From positions 20,832,001 to 20,896,000 of the forward strand of contig OX597828.1 of the NCBI GenBank assembly GCA_951406725.2: a stretch of DNA of 64,000 bases, read 5' to 3'. The stretch is from Octopus vulgaris (lineage: Eukaryota). The position numbers were made by a program, and so were the translations under genes. Every line of letters starts with the position of its first letter. Position 1 is the first letter of the stretch. The notes under the pieces were generated by a model, which made no database searches, had not been told where the DNA came from, and saw nothing but the letters and a program-made list of their open reading frames with translations. Below, in pieces: positions 53,218 through 64,000 of this stretch.

Positions 53218-53270
53218 TATATACAAAAAAAGATACTCTAGTACAGACACGCACTTACACACAAACATAA

Positions 53271-53303
<33 letters not shown>

Positions 53304-55091
53304 CATGAACACAAACACACGTAAAAACACTCAAACAGGTGGTATATTTTACACACACTCTCTCTCCCCCTCTTTATTTATATATATATATCTTTGACAC
53401 TTTCTCTCTCTCTCTCTGCATTAACCCTTACATCACTGTGTATCTACAGACATACACTGCTTGTGTTTCAATTAATTCTGAAAATAACGAAGGACTTGGC
53501 ATAAAATAATTCTGCAATTAAATAATCATTAATCCAGCATTTGGAAAATAAATCAACACGAAATTTTGATGGGAGGCTTTTTTAACTTAGACCCCTTTAA
53601 CACAGGAAGTGCATATCACAGAACCAAGGGTCAGCCTCAGGAAGGTTAAAACCGCCAAAAGGATTAAATAAACACTGCATAAAGTTTTATAAACTGATTT
53701 AGACATAACATTTATTAGATGTAGCCATGTACAGGCTGTTTCCCATCACACTAATTATCACCACTTCAACACACAACCACCATCGCCATTGCCATAAATG
53801 GTATTAAATAGTGTTCTGTACAGCTGTAGCATTACAGATTCCTGAAACACTGAGTACTCTTACCTACACGATGTGGGACTGTTTAAAAACAATTATGTGG
53901 AGCTATGGATATGAGCAATGGCCTCATCATCATCATCATCATCATCTGCAATTCAGCTACGAATAACTTAATTTTGATAACTTTGAAAGGTTTCAGCCAT
54001 TCTAGGGCCCAGGTCCAACATTTCCTATCAACACATCGTCTACGAGCTCTCTGCTTTCAAATTCCTCTGGAATTAAAACCAGAAAAATATAAAAACAAAA
54101 ACAAAAATTTCCTTATTCAGAAAAGGGAACAAGGGTGGGTGATAGGAAGAGCATCCCGCCATAAAAATTCTGCCTCAGATTTTTTTCTGTCTGTGCTATG
54201 CTACCGTAGCACATACCAGACAATTAATGAAATGAACCATAAATTTTTTTTTTCAAATATTAAAACTATTGCCAGCACTGAGGATATCAACTCCAGTCGA
54301 ACCCATGCCAGCATGGAAAAAACAGAAGTTAAATGATGATAATGATGATAGCTATCATACCCTGGAACATTCCCTGATATTATCCCCACAATGGCAAAAA
54401 TGTAGTCCATTTACATAGCAGGTAACACTCTAAGGTAAAGGGTAAAGATCCCCTTCTGAGGCACAAGTCTGGGCAAGGTTGTAAATGGAAGACCAGCAGT
54501 CACTGATGCATACCGGTCTCCCCTCTCCACACCACGGATGTTATCTAAGGGATACAGCTTGGCACCAGTGATGTCACGGCTCATTTCTATAGCTGGGTGA
54601 ACTGAAGCAGCGTGAAACAAAGTGTCTTGCTCAAGAGCACAATACACAGCCCAGTCCAGGAATCAAACTCACTACTTCATGTGTACCTCACTGTCTGATA
54701 CTCTAACCACTGAGCCTTGCGCTTTCACTCTAGTTATCTAGTTAACTTATTTAACTTATTTGAAAGGATGAAAGGCAAAGTCGACCTTGGCGGAATTTGA
54801 ACTCAGAATGTAACAACAGACGAAATACCGGTAAGCTGGTGCATTCTATATATATGTAAATGTGTGTGTGCGTGTGTATGGACGGACGGACGGACGAACA
54901 GACAGACAGACAGATAGATAGATAGATAAATAGATAGATACTGGTAATTATGTATATAAAACACAATCTTTACATACGTATATATATTCTCATAATTGTT
55001 TAAAATAAATAAATAGACATAATATAATGTCTAACAGTTGATGTATACTATCTCTGGATCCCTTCCATTTTCTTCTTGCCATATATATAGA

Positions 55092-55138
<47 letters not shown>

Positions 55139-57574
55139 GGCTTGTTTCAGTTTCTGTCCAGCCAAACTGACTGACAAGGCTTTGGTTGGCCTGAAGTTAT
55201 AGTAGAAGAAACCTGCCCTTGGTGCCATGTTGTGGGACTGAACCCAGAACCATGTGGTTGGCAAGTAAAGACTCCTTAGCACACAGTCCCTCCTGGTGAG
55301 ATTTGTGCACATAACCATAGAACATAGAAGGTCAACACAAAATTGCATTGAATTAGGGTGCCAAGAGCACCATCTTGAGCGTGATCATTGCCATAGTGGC
55401 TAACTGGCTTCCGTGTCAGTGGCACGTAAAAGACACCATTCGAGCGTGATCGTTACCAGCGTCGCCTTACTGGCACCTGTGCCAGTGGCATGTGTAAAGG
55501 GATTCAAGCGAGGTCATTGCTAGTACCGCCTGACTGGCACGTAAAAAGCACCCACTACACTCTTGGAGTGGTTGGCGTTAGGAAAGGTATCCAGCTGTAG
55601 AAACTCTGCCAGATCAAGATTGGAGCCTGGTGCAGCCATCTGGTTTGCCAGCCTTCAGTCAAAATCGTCCAACCCATGCTAGCATGGAAACGATGATGTT
55701 AAACAATGATGATGATGATTATGATGAATTAGATAGACCTGAATCTAACATACAACTGGTATTTATGTTGTTGATCCTCCCCACCAAAAAAACCCAAAAA
55801 AGAAAAAGGATACAGGATTTGAAATCAGGAAATGTACTTAAATGTATTGGCAGTATTTTTGTCATTTAGCTTTAAAAAATTTGCTTTGATTCATTGTCAC
55901 AAGTATGGAACTGTAGCACATGAGTTTTTCTTTTATTGGAAACAGGTGGCCGGATTTGAACTCAGGAAGACAAAACTGGTACGAAACCACACAAAGAATG
56001 GTGAAGGAAAGTAAAGCAAAGACATCTCGCTAAGATCCACACTTATACGCACAAAAAAAAAACGCACACATACACACACAGAAGCTGAAATACAGACAAA
56101 CGCACCCACCAAACTACCTACACCCCTACTCCCTTCCCGAGTCAGATTTAGAACCATATTAGAAGTATTTTCCCAATATAGAGGGGAATGGAACAGCACT
56201 AAATATTTTGCAAAGGCAAATCTTTCAATTCCATGCCTTCCCACTTATATTCCAGCGACAACATATCACCCCATTGGCACAGATTTGATTTTAATAAATA
56301 ACAAACAGAATGTGATATCGGATATCGTATATGAAATACGCCACAGAACAGAGCAGAAACCAGAACGCACATGTATGTTGGAGGCAAGTTGTGGAATACA
56401 CATCGTCTCTTGACAAATGGAAGAATATAGAATTTCAAGAAATGCTAAGGAAGACTGGCACGACCGAAGTGTTTTCTAATAAAACAAAACAGAAATATGG
56501 TGGAGGTGGTGGTAGGAGGAGACGAAAGAGTAGGGCGACAGAGAGGTCCACAAAAGCCTCTCCCACATTCCTGCAAGGGGTTGGGAGTGGGATGACAGAG
56601 GGGGGGGGACCTCGTGATGGTTGCCTAAGTGGGTCCCTAATATGAAAAATTATATATCAAGCACATAAAACATATCCATGATCACATGTTTGTTAATATA
56701 CACACACACATGTATGTATGTCGTTATAAATTTAGATGTATGTGTGCATGTTATATTATATATATATATATATATATGTGTATGTGTGTGTGTGTGTATA
56801 TGTATATATATACACACACACATGTACATATATACACACACCTATGACTAAAAGCCTTATGAGCAAATATGGTTGAGAGAAACTGAAAGAAACCTGTCAT
56901 ACAATATGCATAAATAGATATATACATATATGCATATATATATATATATATACATACACACACACATATATACATACACACACACACATGATAATTCTTC
57001 TTTAGCTGAAGAAACTAACTCCAAATTAAAGAAAGCACTCAATACATATTTCTTTATTGCCGACAAGGAGCTAAACATAGAGAGGACAAACAAGGACAGA
57101 CAGAGGGATTAAGTCGATTACATCGACCCCAGAGCGAAACTGGTACTTTATTTATTGACCCCGAAAGGATGAAAGGCAAAGTCGACCTCGGCAGATTTTG
57201 AACTCAGAACTTAACGACAGACGAAATACCGCTAAGCATTTCGCCCAGCGCGCTAACATGTCTGCCAGCTCGCCGCCTTAATAGCACTCAATACAAGTTT
57301 GAAGAATGGACGTGTGTGTGTTTTCATATTATGGGAAAATATAACATGATATAATGTGTGGTTAGACACTTTCTTCCCAACCCCATGGGTCCGGGTTCAT
57401 TCCCACTGCATGGCACCTTGGGCAAGTGACTTCTAGTATAGCCTTGGGCCAACCAAAGCCTTGTGAGTGGATTTGGTAAATGGATGCTTTGTTGTCCCTT
57501 TTTTGTATCACCTAACTGTCTGGATGTTTTGCGTTCTTATCCCATTTTGTATTATATACACACACACACACACA

Positions 57575-57720
57575 CAGGCTGTTCAAAAAGTCTCTCCACA
57601 GTGAAATTTTTTTCATAATTTAACACCGCCAGACTTTTTTTTCTGGGGAGCAAGTAAAGGATCAGTGCACAAGAATCACCCGAAAACCATTTACTGCAGA
57701 GAGACTTTTTGAACAACCTG
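57575..57720. mobile_element. Tc1/mariner-superfamily mini-element with transposase remnant
   Basis: 22-bp TIR CAGGCTGTTCAAAAAGTCTCTC / GAGAGACTTTTTGAACAACCTG. Internal LTPPDFFFWG..KNHPKTI resembles SPDLTPLDFFLWG. Confidence 0.8.
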
Positions 57721-58078
57721 TATATATATCATCATCATCATCATCATCATTTAGCATCCGCTTTCCATGCTAGCATGGGTTGGACGGTTCAACTGGGATC
57801 TGGGAAGCCAGAAGGCTGCACCAGGCCCAGTCTAATCTGGCAATGTTTCTATGGCTGGATGCCCTTCCTAACGCCAACCACTCCGTGAGTGTAGTGGGTG
57901 CTTTTTACGTGCCAGACAAGGCTGGCAAACGGCCATGATCGGATGGTGCTTTTTACGTCCCACTGGCACGGAGGCCCGTCAGGACGGCGCTGGCAACAGC
58001 CACGTTCGGATGGTTCACTTACGTGCCACCGGCACTGGTATCACAGCTACAATTTCCATTGATGTTGATCAATTTCAA

Positions 58079-58135
<57 letters not shown>

Positions 58136-59081
58136 ACACACAAACACACATTGGTTACAAGGCAAAGAAAATGAAACAGTAAGTTCTCAGGTTCATTCTC
58201 ACTGTGTGGCACCTTGGGCAAGTGTCTTCTACTATAGCCCTGGGCCAATCAAAAGCTTCCTGAGCAGATTTGATGGACAGAAACTGAAAGAAGCCCATCA
58301 TATACATGCGAGTGTGTATATGTATGTGTGTGTGTGTACATGTGTGTGCATGTGTGCGTGTGCGTGTGTGTGTATGTGCGTGTGTGTTTAAAGGTTGAAC
58401 AGATGTATGACCTTTGTGCTTTTGTTGAGAATCGTTGCTATTTCTAATGAATTTGAGGAATATAGAATTGCAGTTTGCCATTTCTATGAGGCAAGTTGAA
58501 CCTCTTGCTCCCTAACACTTTACCAAACTCTTGGGAATATACTCGCTACACAATCTGTTGGGTGTGACAGAAGAATAAATAGGGAGCCAGAGTCAAGGCA
58601 ATTAATTCCCTTCCTCTCTTTTTATCTTCCTTCTTTCTTTCTTTCTTTTGTTCTTCCTTCCTTCGTGTGAAATGTCCTCAGGCACCATTTTTAGAAACAC
58701 AGTAAAAGAGAGAGAGAGAGAGAGAGTAGAGAGATAGAAGGAGAGATAAGAGTAAGAGCATGAGACAGAGGGAGAATCATAAAGAAGTAGAGAGAGAGAG
58801 AGAGAGAACTGAGAGCTAAATTTTCACTGGCAGTTTTGAGTTTTCTTTAGTTTTAACAGGCTAAATCTTTAATGTGTATATATATGTATACACTTTAATG
58901 TGTCTATATAAATATACATACACACACATATATATATCCCCATTTATACATACATATGTACAGACACAAATGCACTACATACAAGCATATATAAACATAC
59001 ACATAATCACATGTACCTATATATACATATACACACACACACACAAATGCAATATGTAAAAGCATATACATATCTATATCT

Positions 59082-59118
<37 letters not shown>

Positions 59119-59325
59119 CATATGTATTTAATACACACATATACATACACATACATGTGAATACGTACAAATACACATCCTTTCAATTAAGCCTGGCTGT
59201 CAACGGAGATGAGTCACAGAAACTGGATGGATTCAAATGGAAGCATCATCAGCTGGTGTGGGTGAGGCAGCTATAAGGGTTCGACTCTCAACAGCAACAC
59301 AGTCATCCTCATGTGACTCATTTAC

Positions 59326-59373
59326 CTTGTTGACATCAAAATTTAATTTCTTTGAACATTTAAAAACATCCAT
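59326..59373 (-). CDS. Candidate alternative first coding exon ([16 protein letters not shown]), unproven
   Basis: gtaaaATGG start, 16 codons, AAG|GTAAAT phase-0 donor in frame with the 17752 acceptor. F, KK and N fall in register with the endophilin H0 helix. Confidence 0.25.
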
Positions 59374-59420
59374 TTTACCATCCAATCTCGGATTAGTCAT
59401 CAAACACTTTATTTCATACA

Positions 59421-59482
<62 letters not shown>

Positions 59483-59521
59483 TATGTATGTATGTATGTA
59501 TATATATATATATATATATAA

Positions 59522-59598
<77 letters not shown>

Positions 59599-59926
59599 TA
59601 CATGTATGTATATATATATATATATAAATATACAGTAGTGGTACAATAAAGTACCAATATGTGTGTGTGTGTGTGTGTGTGTGTATGCATGTATGTATGG
59701 CAATAGTCCTTCAACAACAACACATCCTGATAAACTCAGTGACTACTACTAAATTCAGGCCATGACACACCCACACACACAGAAAGGATGGTCTTGAAGA
59801 AACACAACTAGATCTTATAATGCAGGGAAATGGTTGCATAATCAAGTACCAGCAGGCCTGGAAAACTACATTGCGTGGAAACAATTGTAGTGCTTAAAAA
59901 ATAAATGTGCAACCATATTCCTCCTT

Positions 59927-60371
59927 ACATTATTTATAATTGACGTATACTTGTCCTCATCTTGTTTGTTGTTAACACAACATTTCGGCTGATATACCCT
60001 CCATCCTTCATCAGGCGTCTTGGGGAATATTCGAACCTGGGTTCTCATTCCTAAGGTATTTTTCAACGTCATTATCATTATTGTTATTATTATTATTATT
60101 ATTATTAAGGTCACTGCTTGGAATCGAACTCAGAATCTTGGGGTTAGTAGCTCACACTCTTAACCACTATGCCATATGCCCATAGGCATATAATAACATC
60201 GAACAATATCTTAGGAATGAGAACCCAGGTTCGAAATTTCCCGAAGACACCTGATGAAGGCTGGAGGGTATATCAGCCGTGTTAACAACAAACACGATGA
60301 GGACAAATATCTGTCAAATGTAAATAAAGTAAATAATGTACATAATTCCTCATCTCTTAAATATAGAACTG
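59927..60371. mobile_element. Head-to-head palindromic tRNA-headed element with hammerhead motifs (HH family 1)
   Basis: Minus arm: A box TGGCATAGTGG (60164-60174), B box GAGTTCGATTCC (60120-60131), (ATA)n, body, hammerhead at 59974-60019. Axis ATATGCC-cata-GGCATAT at 60174-60191. The plus arm repeats the body and ends ...TTAAATATAGAACTG. Confidence 0.8.
59974..60019 (-). ncRNA. Minimal type-I hammerhead ribozyme motif
   Basis: GACGC CUGAUGA A GGAUG-GAGGGUAUAU-CAGCC GAAA UGUU GUGUU. The core is intact, with one helix-II mismatch. Family consensus is GACAC CUGAUGA A GGCUG..CAGCC GAAAC GUU GUGUU. Confidence 0.7.
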
Positions 60372-60539
60372 TATACTCCTTCATGTTGCCTCTAATTTTT
60401 TCAATTATCTATTCACTGATGACAGATGCCCAAATGCAAACCTGGAAGTAGGTATAATATTACTATGGGATAGCACAAGGTAAATCTGAAGGATGGACAC
60501 GCTTTATACTGAACTATGTTCTTAACAGAATATATATAT

Positions 60540-60693
60540 AAATGTTTCTTTTCTGTGTATCTTTCTGTCGAAGAGCGTAGGCTCGAAACGTAAAAGACTT
60601 GTTTTATTTATATTCCTGAGCGCCATACTAATACAATTGTTTGTTTGTATTCCACCTGCCTTCGTCTTTTGTCTATTTTCATAAAGCTTCCCG

Positions 60694-60697
<4 letters not shown>
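60540..60697 (+). mobile_element. HH family 2 fragment with hammerhead-like motif (60560-60597)
   Basis: UCUUU CUGUCGA A GAGC-GUAG-GCUC GAAAC GUA AAAGA; helices I and II are perfectly paired. Lies in TA-rich sequence. Confidence 0.7.
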
Positions 60698-60760
<63 letters not shown>

Positions 60761-60975
60761 ACAATAAGTGACATAATATAATGTCTAAAAGTTGATGAAT
60801 ACTACCTATTGATCCCCTCCATTTTCTTATTGCTCTATAAATTAATGATAAAATAACTCTTTACCCTTCACCCACCTGAGAGTGGAATATGTTGAATAAA
60901 ATCACAATTAACTGATCCTCCTGTATTTTCTTTTACCCAAAGCCAGGAACTTTTCAGCACCCCATCATGTATGAT

Positions 60976-61022
<47 letters not shown>

Positions 61023-61099
61023 GGTCCCGGGTTGAGTCGGGGTTAACCACAGTAAATAAGGTACTCAATACATAGCAGAGTAAATTAATTTATTTTATA

Positions 61100-61135
<36 letters not shown>

Positions 61136-61150
61136 CATTTACATATATAT

Positions 61151-61181
<31 letters not shown>

Positions 61182-61946
61182 TTGTGTGTGTATTTCTGTA
61201 TCATCATTCTTGTCATTTTATTGACCACTTCTCATGTTTGCATCAGTCAGAGAGAATTTGTTGAGATAGAGTTTTCTATGAATGAATGTCCTTCCTGTCA
61301 TCAACCCTCGTTTGTTTCCAAGTAAGGTAATATTTCATCCTGGCCGGACATGTTATGACTAGAAACCAGATCAATGCCATCACTTGCATAACAACGATAC
61401 TTAAAACAATAACATGATGTCAAGACAAGGCGACACAAACACACGCATACACACACACACACACACACACATATGATAAGCAGATTTCAGTTTTCATCCA
61501 CCAAATCCACTCACAAAGCTTTGCGGTGACCTGGGACTATAGTAGAAGACACTTGCCCAAGACACCTCATAGTGGGACTGAACCCAGGACTGAACCCAGA
61601 AGCCTCTGGTTGAGAAGCAAACTTCTTAACCGCAAGCCATGTCTATTAAATGTATTTCATTTATTGCTTATTTATTTATATATTTACTGTCACTTTCACA
61701 GTTCGTTTCATTCAAAATTTGTTCAAGTTCATTAGAATTAAACAAGACAACGACAATGCCATTAGCAAAGTGTAAATTAAATGACTTTAAAATTCATTAC
61801 ATTTATACTTTACTTCATCCTAGCAAAGTATTTTAAAGATGCCTCCTAAACTCATCTTTAAAGAAATTAGGTGATTATCTATCTCCCTGTCTTACTCCTC
61901 TTCCAGTATTGATCTCGCCACTTCCTACAGATGATATTCTCCAGCC

Positions 61947-62365
61947 CTTTACTCTTTTGCTTGTTTCGGCCACCTGACTGTGGCCATGCTGGAGCACCGC
62001 TTTTAGTCGAGCAAATCGACCCCAGGACTTATTCTTTGTAAGCCTAGTACTTATTCTATTGGTCTCTTTTACCAAACCGCTAAGTTACGGGGACATAAAC
62101 ACAAGCAGCATCGGTTGTCAAGTGATGTTGGGGGGACAAACACAAACACACAAATGTATACACATACATATATATATGTACATACATATATATATATACA
62201 CAACGGGCTTCTTTCAGTTTCCACCTACCAAATCCACTCACAAGGCTTTGGTTGGCTCGAGGCTATAGTAGAAGACACTTGCCCAAGGTGCCACCCAGTG
62301 GGACTGAACCCGGAACTATGTGGTTCGTAAGCAAGCTACTTACCACACAGCCACTCCTACGCCTA
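61947..62365 (-). mobile_element. SINE family A
   Basis: Full-length copy. Further copies or fragments lie near 1-253, 5240, 6960, 12375, 15560, 23720, 29953, 32962, 44500, 47515, 49395, 52235, 55135, 57355, 58150, 61480 and 62811. Confidence 0.9.
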
Positions 62366-62600
62366 TAGATTTTCTCAATAATCTATATCTATAAGTTTGA
62401 TATACCCCCAGATCAATAAGCTATTCAAGCACAACCAGGATTTTAATGCTGTCGAAGGTTTTTCTCACAATCAATAACGCCCAAGCACAACAGTTGACTG
62501 TTTTCTCCATATTTCTGAATAACTCGGTTCGTGACCTGTAAACAGTCAGTTATTGAAAATTCGCTAACAAAACCCCCTGCATGTGAGCTCTTTGCTGATT
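62365..62600 (-). pseudogene. Non-LTR (RTE-like) reverse transcriptase relic
   Basis: FSITDCLQVTNRVIQKYGENSQLLCLGVIDCEK/FDSI..VLE*L resembles the RT motif FSTxDH..LCLAFVDYEKAFDSV. Confidence 0.75.
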
Positions 62601-62992
62601 GAAGCCTGAAATGGCACTGATGTGATTTGTAACCACTTTAGCGATTTCACAATAACAACTATATCACCGTATGATGAGGGTACTATAATAACAACTGATG
62701 AACATATTCATCTTGGGCTGCTAGGAAAGCAGGTGTTTGAAAGAAGTGAGAAGAAAGACAACTCCAAGCCAGGCGGAGAGATTTCTCCACGAGAAACACC
62801 AAGTAACATAGGTGCAGGTGTGGCTGTGTGGTAAGAAGTTTGCTTCCTTAACCACATGGTTCTAGGTTCAATCCCACAGCATGACACCTTGGGGAAGTAT
62901 CTTCTACTACAGCTTCAGGCAGACCAAAGCCTTGTTATGGAATTTTGTAAATGGAAACTGAAAGAAGCCTATCGTATGTATGTGTGTATATA

Positions 62993-63039
<47 letters not shown>

Positions 63040-63183
63040 GCATGGCTCAGTGGTTGAGTTTACAATTGTGAAGTTGTGAGTTCAAATGCCGGACTGGGCT
63101 GCGTGTTGTGTTCTTGAGCAAGACACTTTATTTCATGTTGCTCCAGTTCCCTCAGCTGTAGAAATGAGTTGCGACATCACAGG

Positions 63184-63218
<35 letters not shown>

Positions 63219-63497
63219 TGCTGCCTGACTGGCTACCATGCTGGTGGCACATATAAAGCACCATTTAAGTGCGGTCGATGCCAGTGGCGCCTGATTGGAT
63301 CCTGTGCTGGTGGTACATAAAAAGCATCCACTACACTCTTGGAGTGGTTGGCCTAAGGAAGGGCATCCAGCTATAGAAACCTTGCCAGATCAGATTGGAG
63401 CCTGGTGCAGCCATCTGGCTTGCCAGTCTTCAGTCAAACCATCCAACCCATGCCAGCATGGAAAGTGGACGTTAAACGAAGATGAGGATGATATATA

Positions 63498-63546
<49 letters not shown>

Positions 63547-64000
63547 TGAAACTCCCTTCGATCATGATTGACCATGGGATTGCACCTAGAAAGTTCCCCT
63601 CCCAGACTCAAGTCCGGGAAAGGATGTTTATGGAAGACAAGCAGTCGCCCATGCATACCGGCCTCCCCTCTCCATGCCATCAGTGTTACCCAAGGAAAAA
63701 GCAAAGGCCGATACAGCTTGGCACCTGTGATGTCGCAACTCATTTCTATGGGTGAGTGAACTGGAGCAACATGAAATAAAGTGTCTTGCTCAAGAACACA
63801 ACACGCAGCCCGGTCTGGGATTTGAACTCACAACCTCATAATCGTAAACTCGACCACTGAGCCATGCGTGTATATATATATAAACAACTTATGAATAAGG
63901 ACAAACAATAAAATTTCTAATGCCAAATATGCCGAAATTAGACAAACCCTGAAATCGGTCCAATATGGTAATAATGGAATTTTTTAGAGATTTCTGTCGA

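Noticed and set aside
56331-56645. 104-aa non-repetitive ORF
   Set aside because: No recognisable domain, antisense to the gene, and it ends in low-complexity sequence.

Overview
AT-rich, microsatellite-saturated animal genomic DNA. The SINE repertoire strongly suggests Octopus (inferred, not verified). Essentially all listed ORFs are microsatellite or repeat artefacts. The one clear host coding exon is a 69-bp phase-0/0 exon on the minus strand (17684-17752, YMSEKIGGAKGTELDDDFVEMER), matching exon 2 of endophilin A, so most of the window is probably the large introns 1 and 2 of that gene. The introns hold at least five SINE-type families, RTE and Tx1/L1 LINE relics, hAT, mariner and piggyBac-type MITEs, a Helitron-like end and two minisatellites. 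The most notable signal is at least four distinct short-repeat families carrying minimal type-I hammerhead-ribozyme folds of the Penelope-like kind. One has a tRNA-like Pol III head, a TSD and a head-to-head palindromic form. Other leads are a six-copy Staf/ZNF143 motif array, a candidate divergent first exon, and several non-repeat hairpins. All structures and coordinates were read by eye, and repeat boundaries are approximate.
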